DNA of 64,000 nucleotides, taken from the NCBI GenBank assembly GCA_044344255.1, contig JBIJDH010000004.1, positions 160,001 through 224,000 on the forward strand. The letters run 5' to 3'. Every line of letters starts with the position of its first letter. The first letter of the stretch is position 1. The notes beneath the pieces are model-generated. The model saw only the letters and a program-made list of their open reading frames with translations, ran no database searches and had not been told where the DNA came from. Origin of the DNA: Myxococcota bacterium (GTDB lineage Bacteria; Myxococcota_A; UBA796; UBA2385). The position numbers and the translations under genes were made by a program. Below are positions 8,648 to 21,476 of the stretch, in pieces.

Positions 8648-10165
8648 TCAGTCGCCCTGGTCGATGCGGAAGCGGAAGCCCCCGTCGCCGTCGGTGAGCG
8701 TCGATGCGAGGGTCTGTCCGCTCGCGGTGCGGAGCTCCACCAGCGAGAAGGACAGCGCCTCGCCCTCTGAGCGCGCGACCCCCTCGATGATCTCGCCGGG
8801 GCTGAGCTGTCGGGCGCCGCCCCCGTCGGCGGGCTCACTCACGGAGAGGCGGGTGATCGCGGCGCTGGAGCCGGCGGGCGGCGAGAAGGTGTAGACCAAG
8901 GGGGCGTCCGGCACATCGAGCTGGAATTGGCCGTCTCTGTCGGTGATGGTCGACCAGGCGGCCTGATCGAAGCCCGCCTCGGTGGCGGTGACGACGGCGT
9001 CCTGGATGGGGTCGCCCGACGGATCGAGCAGCGTGCCCTCGACGGTGAGCTTGTCGGGCAGCACGATCTCGCCGAGGTTCTGGCTCGTGCCTTCGACCCG
9101 AAGCTCGAAGGAGGAGGGGGAGACCACTGCGTCCTTGTCGTAGGGCGGGATGACCTCGACCCGCCACTCGCCGGGGAGGAGCTGGGGGCTCACCACGCCG
9201 CTGCGGTCGGTGTCGGTCTCGACGAAGGCGTCCCCGAGGGCGTCGGTGAGGGAGACCGAGGTGAAGCGCACCTTGGCGTCGACCACCGCGGTGCCGTCGA
9301 TGTCGACCACCTTGCCGCGGACCTCGGTGGGCCGCAGGGTGCCGACGAGGACGTCTACCCGCAGCGCGTCGCCCTCGCCGTCGACCACGACCACCTCGGG
9401 GACATCGACGCGGGGGATGGTGGAGGCGTCTGCTCCCTCCACCCGCAGCGTGTACTCGCCCGGGAAGGCGCGGAGCTGGTACCAGCCGCTCGCCGTCGTC
9501 TCCACCGCGGCGCCCTCGACCCCGGTGGCGCTGTCGATGAGCGAGACCCGCGGCCGACCGGAGCCCACCGAGGCCACGTCGGAGCCGTCGGACTGCGTGA
9601 CGTGGCCGTAGACCCCGATCCCGAAGTCGAGGTGTACGTCCAGGCTGTGCCCCGAGAGCATCGACTGCTGGTCGAGGACGAGGAAGGGCAGCAGCTCCGG
9701 GCTGTGGGGGATGATCGAGAGGAGGTAGCCGTCGAGGGCGGGGAGGGACAGGCTGTAGGTGCCGGTCACCCCGGTCTCGGCCGTGCCGCCGGACACGGTG
9801 CCCAGCACGACGCCGACTACGTCGGCCTGGACGGGGACATCATCCTCGCCGGGGACCACGACATCCGCCGCGGGGTTGGCCCGGAAGCCGACCACCGAGC
9901 CCGAGAGCGTCACCGTGCGGGCGAGCTCGAGGCGGAGGTCGGACAGGTCGTCGGAGGTGTCGGCGTAGAAAGACTGAGCGTGGACGTTGAGGTCACCCGA
10001 GGGGTGGACGTCGATGCGCACTGAGCGCTCGACGGTGGCGGTGTCTCCCGCCTCGTCGGAGGTGCCGCTGGCTCCGTCTTTGCCCAGAGAGGTGCTGTAG
10101 TCGCTGCAGGCCGCCAGCAGCAAGGCGGCGAAGGAGAGGTGCCGGGGGCGGTGCTCAGGCTTCAT
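8648..10165 (-). CDS. lipoprotein with repeated carboxypeptidase-regulatory-like beta domains
   Basis: Lipobox LLAAC; repeated GxVxDxxGxP..A.V and TxTDxDGxF units. Confidence 0.75.
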   Translation of the reverse strand: MKPEHRPRHLSFAALLLAACSDYSTSLGKDGASGTSDEAGDTATVERSVRIDVHPSGDLNVHAQSFYADTSDDLSDLRLELARTVTLSGSVVGFRANPAADVVVPGEDDVPVQADVVGVVLGTVSGGTAETGVTGTYSLSLPALDGYLLSIIPHSPELLPFLVLDQQSMLSGHSLDVHLDFGIGVYGHVTQSDGSDVASVGSGRPRVSLIDSATGVEGAAVETTASGWYQLRAFPGEYTLRVEGADASTIPRVDVPEVVVVDGEGDALRVDVLVGTLRPTEVRGKVVDIDGTAVVDAKVRFTSVSLTDALGDAFVETDTDRSGVVSPQLLPGEWRVEVIPPYDKDAVVSPSSFELRVEGTSQNLGEIVLPDKLTVEGTLLDPSGDPIQDAVVTATEAGFDQAAWSTITDRDGQFQLDVPDAPLVYTFSPPAGSSAAITRLSVSEPADGGGARQLSPGEIIEGVARSEGEALSFSLVELRTASGQTLASTLTDGDGGFRFRIDQGD

Positions 10166-10629
10166 GGCGCCTCCTCAGGGACGACGATGAGCCAGCTGCG
10201 CTGATCGGAGTCTCCGAAGGAGTCGACCACCGTGACCTGGAGCTCCCGGCCGTCATAGAGCGTGTCTCGGGGCAAGGTGAGGCGGCTGCCATAGATGTTG
10301 GAGCCTGCGGCCAGGGGCTCGGTGCGCCCCTCTTCGCCGAGGCCGTTGACCTCCCATTGGTAGCTGAGCTCTTCGGGATCGTTCTTGTCGACCACTCGAA
10401 CGTAGACGATGACCTCGGGGAGGTCGAGGTCGAGGCGGTCCCCCTCGGCCGGATACGACTCACGGATCTCGGGGGGCTCATTGGGTTGCTCCTCGACGAG
10501 GGGCAGCCAGAAGTAGCAGCCGCTCGACAGGAGAGCTGGTATGCAAAATGCGTGCCATGCGCGGGAGCGCAGAGCGCGGCACGCTGAAGGTCGCCTGTCG
10601 GCGGAGGCCGAGGGGGTGGTCCACGACAT
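10162..10629 (-). CDS. probable lipoprotein with Ig-like domain
   Basis: LLSSGC lipobox-like; NEPPEI..D.D.EELSYQW.VNG..VTVVD pattern; 4-nt overlap with the downstream gene. Confidence 0.65.
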   Translation of the reverse strand: MSWTTPSASADRRPSACRALRSRAWHAFCIPALLSSGCYFWLPLVEEQPNEPPEIRESYPAEGDRLDLDLPEVIVYVRVVDKNDPEELSYQWEVNGLGEEGRTEPLAAGSNIYGSRLTLPRDTLYDGRELQVTVVDSFGDSDQRSWLIVVPEEAP

Positions 10630-10634
10630 CGGTG

Positions 10635-12662
10635 TCAGGGGAGGGGGACCGTGAAGGTGGAGCCGGGGCGCTGTCGGTTGGCGGGGACCTCCTGGCCGAA
10701 GTCCGGGCCCTCGGGGCAGGAGACGCGGAGCGAGTGCGGGCCGCGGGGGTCGGTGATGGTGAGCGCGTGCCCGAGGGCGCCCAGGGTGCCGCGGGGCTGC
10801 CCGTCGAGGGTCACGTGGCAGGCGTCGGGGAGCCGGGGGTCGAAGCGCCCGAGGATGGGCAACGGGGTCAGCTCGTCCACCCCGATCTCGATGTGCTCGC
10901 CGGGCGCCACCTCAAAGGGGCGCGTGTAGGGGACGGCCATCGGGTTGCGGAGCTCGATCGTGTGCTTGCCGGGGGTGACCTTCATCACCCCCACCTCGCC
11001 GGTGCGGCCCTTCTGCACCCCGTCCACGTAGACGAAGGCCCACGCGCCCTCGCGCACGAAGACCGAGACCGTGCCCGGCTCGTCGGGGACGGATGCGACG
11101 GCCGCGGCGGACCCGGCGCGGTCGCCCTCGGGTGGCGCGCTGCGGCCAGTCCGAGCGGGCGCCGCGCTGCGCGCCGCCACGGTCGCAGGGTCGCGGCTGG
11201 GAGGGGTGCCGTCTCGGTGGCTGAGGTCTGAGGCGAGGACGCTCATCGACTCCGTGCGGGCGCCGGTCGCAGGGTCGGGGAGGGGCGTGTTCTCGTCGCT
11301 GCCCTCGTTCGGGTTCTCGACGTCGATCGAGCCCTCCCCGAGCGCCACCATCGCCACCCCGTCCGGCTCTCCGGGGGTCGGTAAGCTCGGCCAGAGGGCC
11401 CAGGTGGCCACGGCGGCGGTGAGGGCCGCTCCGACCCCCACAGACCACCAGCGCTTGGAGCTCGGCGGCGGCGCGAGGTCGGTGGGGGTGTGCATGCCCT
11501 GGACGATCTGCAGCACCTCCTCGTTCTCTTCGTCGAGGGAGAGCAGGCGGTTGAAGAGCCGGAGGGCGCCGAGGTGGTCCTTGCTGGCGAGGCGGGCCTT
11601 GCCCTCGACGAGCAGCACCTCGCGGAGCCGCGCCTTCAACCTCTCTTCGTAGCCGGCGGGGTCGAGCAGCCAGGCGCGGAGGTTCCAGTTTGGGTCGGAG
11701 GGCTCGATGGAGACGTCGCGGAGGGTCTGGCGGAGGGCGACCTCGACGGCGGCGGCGTTCTGGGGGCGGTCCTCCTGGTTGTTCTGGAGCAGGCGCTCGA
11801 TGAGGTCGGCGAGGCCGGCGGAGATGTCGCTCGCGAGCTCGATGACCTCGGGCCGGTTGCCCTCGATGATGTTGCGGAGGATGATGCTCGGGTTCGAGCC
11901 GGCGAAGGGGAGCTGCCCCGACACGAGGTGGAAGAGCAGCGTGCCCATGCTGAAGAGGTCGGAGCGGGGGTCGAGCACTCGCTCCATCGCCTGCTCCGGG
12001 CTCATGTAGGCGGGGGAGCCCACGAGCGCGCCGGTGACGGTGAGGTTGACCTCGTCGAGGAAGCGAGCGATGCCGAAGTCCATCAGCTTCACAGAGCCGT
12101 CACGCCGGAGCATGACGTTCTCGGGCTTCAGGTCGCGGTGGATGATGCCGAGGCCGTGGGCATAGGCGAGGGCGGCGGCGAGCTCGATGCAGATGAGAGA
12201 GGCGACCTCGGAGGGCAGGCGGCCGTGCTCGGCGGTGAGCTGCTGGAGCGTGACGCCGTCGACCAGCTCGGTGACGATGTAGCTGTCTTCCGTCTCGCTC
12301 CCGGAGTAGTCGAAGATCTTGAGGATGTTGTCGTGATCGAGATGCTCGATGGCCCGGGCCTCGCGGGCGAAGCGGGCGCGGTTGCGCTCGGAGCGCGAGA
12401 GGTGGGGGTGGAGGATCTTGATGGCGACGTCGCGGCCGAGCGTCGTGTGACGCCCCCGGTAGACCGTGGCCATCCCGCCCTCGCCGATCTTCTGCAGCAC
12501 CTCGTACTTGTCGAGGACAGCCCCGATGAGCGTGCCGCCTCGCCGGGAGCCCTGCTCGCCTCGCTCGGCGCCGTCGGAGCGGTCGGGGGCCGCGCGGGGG
12601 TCGATCCGTCGATCCACGAGCGCGCCTCCGGGCGAGGGGTCAGGCTCGTCCAGGATCGGCAT
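10635..12662 (-). CDS. membrane-anchored Hanks-type Ser/Thr protein kinase with PEGA-like C-terminal domains
   Basis: [45 protein letters not shown] helix [21 protein letters not shown]-terminal [17 protein letters not shown]. Confidence 0.93.
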   Translation of the reverse strand: MPILDEPDPSPGGALVDRRIDPRAAPDRSDGAERGEQGSRRGGTLIGAVLDKYEVLQKIGEGGMATVYRGRHTTLGRDVAIKILHPHLSRSERNRARFAREARAIEHLDHDNILKIFDYSGSETEDSYIVTELVDGVTLQQLTAEHGRLPSEVASLICIELAAALAYAHGLGIIHRDLKPENVMLRRDGSVKLMDFGIARFLDEVNLTVTGALVGSPAYMSPEQAMERVLDPRSDLFSMGTLLFHLVSGQLPFAGSNPSIILRNIIEGNRPEVIELASDISAGLADLIERLLQNNQEDRPQNAAAVEVALRQTLRDVSIEPSDPNWNLRAWLLDPAGYEERLKARLREVLLVEGKARLASKDHLGALRLFNRLLSLDEENEEVLQIVQGMHTPTDLAPPPSSKRWWSVGVGAALTAAVATWALWPSLPTPGEPDGVAMVALGEGSIDVENPNEGSDENTPLPDPATGARTESMSVLASDLSHRDGTPPSRDPATVAARSAAPARTGRSAPPEGDRAGSAAAVASVPDEPGTVSVFVREGAWAFVYVDGVQKGRTGEVGVMKVTPGKHTIELRNPMAVPYTRPFEVAPGEHIEIGVDELTPLPILGRFDPRLPDACHVTLDGQPRGTLGALGHALTITDPRGPHSLRVSCPEGPDFGQEVPANRQRPGSTFTVPLP

Positions 12663-12685
12663 CGTGGGGTACGGCGAGTGTGCGC

Positions 12686-13552
12686 TCAGAGCTGGCCGGC
12701 CTCCCCTTCCATGACGCTGATCCCCCGCTCGGCCATGATGCGGAGGATGACAGACGCGGTCTCTTCGACGGCCTTCCGGGTCACGTCGATCACGGGCCAG
12801 GTCGGGTGCTGGCGGAAGAGGTCCTCCGCCCACTCGAGCTCGGCGAGGATGTGGTCCATGTCACCATAGGCTGAGCGGCTGGACACGCGCATGGTCTCAA
12901 GGCGCTCTTTGCGGATCTCGCGCAGGGACTCAGGATCGATGGTCAAGCCGAAGATGCAGCTCTGATCGAGGTCGTGGACCTCCTTGGGCAGCGGCCGGTC
13001 GAGCACGATCGGCACGTTGCTCACCCGGTAGCCCTTGTGGGCGAGGAAGACGGACAGCGGCGTCTTGGAGGTGCGGCTGACCCCGACCAGCACGATGTCG
13101 GCCTCTCGCAGCAGGCGGGGCTCCTTGCCGTCGTCGGCCTTGACGGTGAACTCAACCGCCTCCACGCGGCGGAAGTAATCGTCGTCGGCCACCGCCATGC
13201 GGTTGGGCACGCCGTCGGGGAGGGCGTGGAGGAAGATGGCCATCTGCGCGAGCAGGTTGCCGAGCAGGTCGACCGTGCGGACCCGGTGCTCTTGGGCGAG
13301 CTCGCGGAGGACCCGGCGGAGATCGGTGCGCACCAGCGTGGTGACGAGCAGGGCGTTCTCTTGCGCGGCCCGCCGCATCAGGCGCTCGATCTGCTCGGCG
13401 TCGGTGACGCTCGGGTAGACCTGGATGTGCACCGGCGCCCCGGTGAACTGTACGAGCGCGGCGCGGACGACCTTCTCGGCCGTCCCGCCGGTGCCGTCGG
13501 AGACGATGTAGATGGGCCGTTGTCGCAGCCGGCCCTCGGAGCCCGGGGGCAT
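12686..13552 (-). CDS. ppsR: PEP synthase / pyruvate phosphate dikinase regulatory kinase-pyrophosphorylase (DUF299)
   Basis: IVSDGTGGTAE, DDGK, ADIVLVGVSRTSKTPLS, IDVTRKAVEETA. Confidence 0.92.
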   Translation of the reverse strand: MPPGSEGRLRQRPIYIVSDGTGGTAEKVVRAALVQFTGAPVHIQVYPSVTDAEQIERLMRRAAQENALLVTTLVRTDLRRVLRELAQEHRVRTVDLLGNLLAQMAIFLHALPDGVPNRMAVADDDYFRRVEAVEFTVKADDGKEPRLLREADIVLVGVSRTSKTPLSVFLAHKGYRVSNVPIVLDRPLPKEVHDLDQSCIFGLTIDPESLREIRKERLETMRVSSRSAYGDMDHILAELEWAEDLFRQHPTWPVIDVTRKAVEETASVILRIMAERGISVMEGEAGQL

Positions 13553-13640
13553 CGGTTCGCCCTCCTTCCACCCTCTCTAGCCGATCTGTCGTCAACGCGC
13601 GTCCTCCACCGCCCGCCTCTGGACCGTGGTAGACCGGGAC

Positions 13641-14768
13641 ATGGCTCCGCTCCGCGGCATCCGGGTCCTCGACCTCTCGCGCCTCCTCCCCGGTCCGTTC
13701 TGTTCCTGGTACCTCCGGGGGATGGGCGCCGAGGTCGTCAAGGTCGAAGATCCGCAGGGCGGCGACTATCTCCGGCACCTGCCCCCCTTCGACGCCGCCG
13801 GGGTGGGCGCCTGGTTCGGGGCGCTCAACGCGGGCGCGCGCTCGGTCTGCCTCGACCCCCGGCTCCCGGGTGACCGCGAGGCCCTGCTCGGCCTCATCGC
13901 CGGGGCCGACGTCCTCATCGAGGGCTTCCGCCCCGGGGTGATGGCTCGCCTCGGCCTCGCCCCCGCCTCGCTGCTCGAGCGCTGGCCGCGCCTCGTCGTC
14001 GCCAGCATCAGCGGCTTTGGTCAGGACGGGCCGCTCCGCGAGCACCCGGGACATGATCTCGGCTACGTCGGCCTCACCGGGGCCTTCGCCCTGCCCGTGC
14101 GCCACGAGGGCGTGCCTGACGTGCCGGCGGTCCAGGTGGCGGACCTCGCCGGCGGCGCGCTCACCGCCGCCCTCCGCATCACCGCTGCCCTCTACGAGCG
14201 GGAGCGCAGCGGGCGCGGGGCCTGGCTCGACGTCTCGATGACCGACGGCGCGCTGGCGCTGCTGGCCCCGGTGCTCGCCGCCGCGGCCGTGGGCGAGCCC
14301 CCGCGCCCCGGAGAGGGCCCGCTGGCCGGCGGCCTCGCGGTCTACCGCCTCTATCGCTGCGCCGATGACCGCCTGCTCGCGGTCGCGGCCATCGAGGGCA
14401 AGTTCCAGGCCGAGCTCTCCCGACTGCTCGGCCCCGACGTGCCGCTCGACGAGGCCGGCCTCCGCGTGGCCTTCGCCACCGCCCCGCGGGACCACTGGGC
14501 AGAGCGGCTCGCCTCGGCCTGCTGCACGCCGGTGCTCGATCTCGAAGAGGCCCTCGCGCACCCGCTCTTCCGCGCCCGCGGCCTCGTCCACGGGGAGGGG
14601 GCCGCGCGTCGGGTGAGCCCGCCCTGGCCGGGCGCTCACCAATTCACCGGCGGCGCCGTGCCGGCCCTCGGCGAGCACACCGCCGCCGAGCTGGGCGCGC
14701 TGCGCTCCCCCCCGCCCGGCCCCCCGCCGATCCTCCTCTCCCCTGCTGGAACCGTGGAGCCCCGATGA
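13641..14768 (+). CDS. CaiB/BaiF family III CoA-transferase
   Basis: PLRGIRVLDLSRLLPGP, GAEVVKVE, ADVLIEGFRPGVMARLG, GHDLGY, DLAGG. Confidence 0.92.
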   Translation: MAPLRGIRVLDLSRLLPGPFCSWYLRGMGAEVVKVEDPQGGDYLRHLPPFDAAGVGAWFGALNAGARSVCLDPRLPGDREALLGLIAGADVLIEGFRPGVMARLGLAPASLLERWPRLVVASISGFGQDGPLREHPGHDLGYVGLTGAFALPVRHEGVPDVPAVQVADLAGGALTAALRITAALYERERSGRGAWLDVSMTDGALALLAPVLAAAAVGEPPRPGEGPLAGGLAVYRLYRCADDRLLAVAAIEGKFQAELSRLLGPDVPLDEAGLRVAFATAPRDHWAERLASACCTPVLDLEEALAHPLFRARGLVHGEGAARRVSPPWPGAHQFTGGAVPALGEHTAAELGALRSPPPGPPPILLSPAGTVEPR

Positions 14769-14905
14769 CGCTCAGTGAGCTTGCCACCCGCCCCCTGACC
14801 CCGATCGACTGGGTCTTCGTCGCCCTCGCCTCGGCGATCATCTTTGTTATCCACATCAAGAAGCTCAGCCGCGACATCCAGGGCTGGATGAAGAAGGACA
14901 GCTGA
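14765..14905 (+). CDS. 46-aa single-pass membrane peptide (absent from ORF track)
   Basis: ATGA overlap with the CoA-transferase stop; MTLSELATRPLTPIDWVFVALASAIIFVIHIKKLSRDIQGWMKKDS; GC-rich third codon positions. Confidence 0.7.
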   Translation: MTLSELATRPLTPIDWVFVALASAIIFVIHIKKLSRDIQGWMKKDS

Positions 14906-14935
14906 GCCCCAGCGGACGGCGCTGGTCGCGGCCCT

Positions 14936-15412
14936 TCAGGCGCTGAGGCGCGCGAGGATCACGATCGCGACGATCAGGGCGGAGTGGACGATCATGTGCC
15001 GGGAGAGCGGGCCGAGCGCGGCTCGGAAGGCCGCTTCGTCGGCGATCTGCCCGTTCTTGTCGAGCTTACGGGTGGGCTCGAGCGTCCAGATCTCCAGCTT
15101 GATGTTGGAGATCCACATCGCGAGGAAGGTGAGCCAGCCGATCGAGCTCAGCCGGTGCGCGTCATCAAAGGGCCAAGAGAAGGCCCCGTCGGTGAGCCAC
15201 TTCGCGACCAGGGCGCCGAAGACGCAGGCGCCCAGCGACAGGCCGAGGCCCGGGCCCCACGAGCGGTAGACCCGCACGACGTCCCAGGGGGCGAGGTGTG
15301 GGATGCGCGACGACATCCGGACCAGGACGGTGAAGGCCACCATTGGGCCCGCATAGAGCAGGAAGCCGAGGTCGCGGAGGATCAGCGCGACATCGAGGGC
15401 GGACTCAAACAT
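14936..15412 (-). CDS. hypothetical membrane protein (about 4 TM)
   Basis: Four hydrophobic segments; GGGAG upstream of ATG 15412. Confidence 0.75.
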   Translation of the reverse strand: MFESALDVALILRDLGFLLYAGPMVAFTVLVRMSSRIPHLAPWDVVRVYRSWGPGLGLSLGACVFGALVAKWLTDGAFSWPFDDAHRLSSIGWLTFLAMWISNIKLEIWTLEPTRKLDKNGQIADEAAFRAALGPLSRHMIVHSALIVAIVILARLSA

Positions 15413-15534
15413 CAAGGGACTCCCAGCGCCTCGCAGGCCAGCGGCGGGATACCGCTCCCGGGTGGGCGGTGTCAAGGTTGGATCGGCGTCCGGGCGCCGC
15501 GGAGCGCGGCGCGGGGACCGACGGGAGCGGCGGG

Positions 15535-17481
15535 ATGGCGGAGCGGAGCCCAGGGGCGGTGGAGGGTGGGGAGCCCGGAGGGAGGCGCATCGGGGGGGGC
15601 CTCGCGGTGGGGATCGTCGAGGTCACCTCCTACGCCCTCGTGGCCCTGGTGGCGGTGGCGGGGGCGCTCGGCGCGGCGGGCCACGTCGTGGGTGACGGCG
15701 TCGATCTCTACGGCACCTTCTGGTTCTTCTGGTGGATCAAGGACTGCCTCGAGCAGGCGCGGGATCCCTCCTTCACCGACATGATGTTCCACCCGCTCGG
15801 GAAGAACATCTTCGCCCACACGGGCAACAACTTCGTCGATGCCTTGGCCTCTGTGCCCTTCCAGGCGGCCTTTGGCTTCCCTCGCTACCAACCCTGGTTC
15901 ATCGGCCTCGTCCTCTTCGTCAACGGCCTGAGCTTCCGGCCGCTGGCCCGGGAGATCCTCGGCCCGGGGCGCCCCTGGTCTGTCTGGACCTCGACCGTCT
16001 TGTGGATGATCTGCCCCTTCACGCTCTTCGAGCTGATGTGTGGGCGGCTCACCCAGGCCTTCTTGTGGTTCCTGCCACCGGCGATCCTCTGGTTCCTCCG
16101 GATCGGTCACGCGCGCCGCGGGCGGCTCGGCTGGCTGGTGGCCCCGACGCTGGCCGGGCTCTTCACGGGCCTCCAGGGGTGGACCTATTGGTTCATGGGC
16201 TGGTTCATGGCCTTCGCCTTCGCCTGGCTGGCGGTGGGGGAGCTCCGGCGGGGCATCGTGTCCCCTCGTCGCCTCGCGCTCGGCTGGCTCACGGCCGCGC
16301 TGGTCTGCGGGCTGGTCATCGCGCCCGGGGCCCTGGCGATGGCCTCCGCGGCGGACCAAGAGCTGGTCCCCGGCCTCGTCGCCGACTCCGCCGACACCGT
16401 CTTCGCCAAGCCGAAGGCGCTCGCGAACAACGTGGCCCCGATGCTCCACGGCGTCGTGCTGATGGAGCGTTTCGGGCAGCCGATGTTCACCACCTGGACC
16501 TGGGGCGCCGCCGGGCTGCTCGTGCTGCTCTTCGCCGGCAAGGAGCGTCGCCGCTGGTTCGGCCTCCTGCTGTTCTTCCTCCTCTTCGGCGTGGGGCCGA
16601 TCCTGCCCGACCGAGACGGAAATCAGTGGCTCCCGATGCCGCATTATCAGCTCGCCTACCGCTTCCTCCCTTACTTCGACCGGCTCTGGTTCCCCTACCG
16701 CATGGAGGTGATGAGCCAGCTCGCGGCGGCCGTGGGCCTCGGGGTCGTGCTCTCGCGCCTCGAGGGGGCGCTGGTCTGGCGGCTCAAGCGGGCCACCGGC
16801 CTCGTCTTCGGCGCGGTGGTGCTCCTGTTCATGGCCGAACAGAACGAGCACCTCGCCTATCCCTTGCTGCACCGCGACTTCACGCCGCCCTCCGTCTACC
16901 GTTGGTTGCACGATCAGCCGGGCAGCCTCATCGAGCTGCCGATCGGCATGTCCCGGATCTCGATCAGCTGGCAGGCCGTCCACGAGCGGCCCACCTTCGG
17001 GGGAATGGCGGAGAACGCACAGATCTTCTGGCCGGAGGGCATGAAGCGCCGGATGAGCCTGAACCTCATCCGCTTCTTGAAGGACGTGACCTACAACCCG
17101 AGCACGAAGCTCACGGTCTCCAACCGCGACAAGCAGCGCCTCCTCGACGAGGGCTTCCGCTGGGTGGTGATGGACCGCCACCTCGTCGACTGTGACCTCT
17201 TCCGCCCAAGGGGCACAGCGCTCCCGAGCGACGCCGATCAGATCGTCTTTCGCGCACAGGATCGAGTGAGCGCCGAGCTCGGCCCGCCCGTGGCGGTGGA
17301 TGGGGAGCTCGTGGTGTGGGACCTCGCAGGAGAGGCCGTGGCGCCCGCTGCGCTCCAGCCCACCGCGCAGACGTTGAGCCACCGCACCTGGACCACAGAA
17401 GACATGCCCGAGTATGAGCGCCACCTGCGGGAAGTGGGGCGCTTTCCGGCCGATGGCGGCCCCGGCGGCGGAGGGAAGTGA
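15535..17481 (+). CDS. multi-pass membrane protein, GT-C glycosyltransferase-like
   Basis: About 11 hydrophobic segments; GDGVDLYGTFWFFWW and MFHPLG loop; soluble C-terminal domain with LIELP..WQAVHERPTFGG. Start uncertain. Confidence 0.7.
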   Translation: MAERSPGAVEGGEPGGRRIGGGLAVGIVEVTSYALVALVAVAGALGAAGHVVGDGVDLYGTFWFFWWIKDCLEQARDPSFTDMMFHPLGKNIFAHTGNNFVDALASVPFQAAFGFPRYQPWFIGLVLFVNGLSFRPLAREILGPGRPWSVWTSTVLWMICPFTLFELMCGRLTQAFLWFLPPAILWFLRIGHARRGRLGWLVAPTLAGLFTGLQGWTYWFMGWFMAFAFAWLAVGELRRGIVSPRRLALGWLTAALVCGLVIAPGALAMASAADQELVPGLVADSADTVFAKPKALANNVAPMLHGVVLMERFGQPMFTTWTWGAAGLLVLLFAGKERRRWFGLLLFFLLFGVGPILPDRDGNQWLPMPHYQLAYRFLPYFDRLWFPYRMEVMSQLAAAVGLGVVLSRLEGALVWRLKRATGLVFGAVVLLFMAEQNEHLAYPLLHRDFTPPSVYRWLHDQPGSLIELPIGMSRISISWQAVHERPTFGGMAENAQIFWPEGMKRRMSLNLIRFLKDVTYNPSTKLTVSNRDKQRLLDEGFRWVVMDRHLVDCDLFRPRGTALPSDADQIVFRAQDRVSAELGPPVAVDGELVVWDLAGEAVAPAALQPTAQTLSHRTWTTEDMPEYERHLREVGRFPADGGPGGGGK

Positions 17482-17520
17482 GCGCCCCGGTGCGCGGGCG
17501 TGTCGGCCGCGCTTGCCCTT

Positions 17521-17543
17521 GGGGAATCGGGGAATAGGGAATC
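17521..17543. repeat. GGGAAT(C/A) short tandem repeat x3 upstream of lon
   Basis: GGGGAATC GGGGAATA GGGAATC. Confidence 0.5.
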
Positions 17544-17679
17544 GAGGTGCAGTCGAGGGTGGGAGCCCCGTGCGGGTCGCGCCCTCCCCTTCGATCGGGC
17601 CCCGTGCTCCGTTCGCGCATACCGCCGAATTCTCTCCCTTCATTGATTCGAACCATTGAATTGAACCCCTGAGGTCTCG

Positions 17680-20148
<2,469 letters not shown>

Positions 20149-20164
20149 GCCCTTCGGGGTCGCG

Positions 20165-20203
20165 GACGCCGGATCCTCGATCGAGGATCCGGCGTCTCTT
20201 GTT
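20165..20203 (+). terminator. intrinsic terminator after lon
   Basis: Perfect 32-bp palindrome GACGCCGGATCCTCGA|TCGAGGATCCGGCGTC followed by TCTTGTT. Confidence 0.7.
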
Positions 20204-20230
20204 GGGGAGCGGGTCTCTCAGGAGGCGCAG

Positions 20231-20689
20231 ATGTCTGTTCGATTCCTACTGAGCCTCTTGTTCACCGCCGCCGCGTTCGCGCTCGGCGGCCGTGCGGAGG
20301 CCCGAGCGCCCGCGGTGGAGGTCGAGGTGCTGGGCGTGGAGGACCTCACGATGCGCAAGGGGGCCCTGCGCTTCAACCTCTCCGCCGACGTTCACCGCAC
20401 GCGGGGGCTGCCGTTGCACCTCCGGGCGCTGAAGTACAGCCTCGTGGTGAACAAGACGCCGATCACCCGTCAGGATGTAGATCTCGGCGGGCTGCGAATC
20501 CGGCGCGGAGAGACCGAGCGGGTCTTGATCCCTTGCTCGCTCGAGCTGGCCGATGCCGCCGGACTGACCCTCCAGAGCCTCACCTCGGGCTCGCTCAAGG
20601 TGAAGCTCAAGGGTGAGGCGTCTGTGCGGGTGCTGATCTTCCCGTACTCCATCCCCTTTCAGACGAAGGTGGTCGACCTCTCCCTCTGA
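20231..20689 (+). CDS. LEA type 2 / WHy-like exported protein
   Basis: GGAGG RBS, signal peptide, beta-rich body with LHLRALKYSLVVN. Confidence 0.65.
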   Translation: MSVRFLLSLLFTAAAFALGGRAEARAPAVEVEVLGVEDLTMRKGALRFNLSADVHRTRGLPLHLRALKYSLVVNKTPITRQDVDLGGLRIRRGETERVLIPCSLELADAAGLTLQSLTSGSLKVKLKGEASVRVLIFPYSIPFQTKVVDLSL

Positions 20690-20730
20690 GCGCGCCGGAG
20701 CGGGCAGGGGCGGCCTGCGCCAGGCCCCGC

Positions 20731-21420
20731 TCAGCCCGCGGTGGGCTTCGGGAGGAAGGGGAGCAGGGACTGCGCGAAGGCCTGGATGTTCCGGGTCTGG
20801 ATGTAGACCTCGCCGGGGCCGGTGTATCGGCACACGAGGCCCTCGCCCGAGGTCGCCGACGCCATGAAGCCCTTGGCCGCCTTGTCGATCTTGAAGCTCA
20901 CCGTCGACTCGAAGGCGACGATGTGGCCCGTGTCGATGATGTAGGTCTCGCCGGCGTCGAGGACGATCTTGTGGATGGCCCCGTAGGAGGCGAGGAGGGT
21001 GAGGCCCGTGCCCGTGACCTTGATGAGCAGCGCGCCGCCGCCGCCGAGCATCGCGCCGCCGTTAAACTTGGTCTCGATCTTGATGTCTGGGCTGCTCGCC
21101 AGCCAGGCGCCGCTCTGGATGAGAAACGACTGGTTGTTGAGCTCGATGCCCATGATGTCGCCGGGGGTGGACGGAGCGAGCAGCACCTCGCCCTGGCCGC
21201 CTTTGGCGGTGAAGGTGCTCTGGAACAGCGACTCTCCCGCCGCGGCCCGCGCCAGGGACTTGAGGAAGCCGCCCTCCATCTTGGCGTCGAGGCTGATGTT
21301 GGCCGACATGCCCACCATCGCGCCGGACTCCGTGCGGATCTTCTCGCCGTCTTCGAGCTCGACGCGCGCGACGGCGAAGGAGGGGCGGTAGAGGATGTTG
21401 TGCTTCACGAGAGTCTCCAA
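20731..21420 (-). CDS. AIM24 / TIGR00266 family protein
   Basis: ESGAMVGMS, GESLF, APSTPGDI, IDTGHIVAF, SGEGLVCRYTGPGEVYIQTRN. Confidence 0.9.
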   Translation of the reverse strand: METLVKHNILYRPSFAVARVELEDGEKIRTESGAMVGMSANISLDAKMEGGFLKSLARAAAGESLFQSTFTAKGGQGEVLLAPSTPGDIMGIELNNQSFLIQSGAWLASSPDIKIETKFNGGAMLGGGGALLIKVTGTGLTLLASYGAIHKIVLDAGETYIIDTGHIVAFESTVSFKIDKAAKGFMASATSGEGLVCRYTGPGEVYIQTRNIQAFAQSLLPFLPKPTAG

Positions 21421-21476
21421 GAGGCTGGGGGGCCCCGGGCGCGCGGCGGGGGAGGGCGCAGGCGCGAGAGGGCTGC

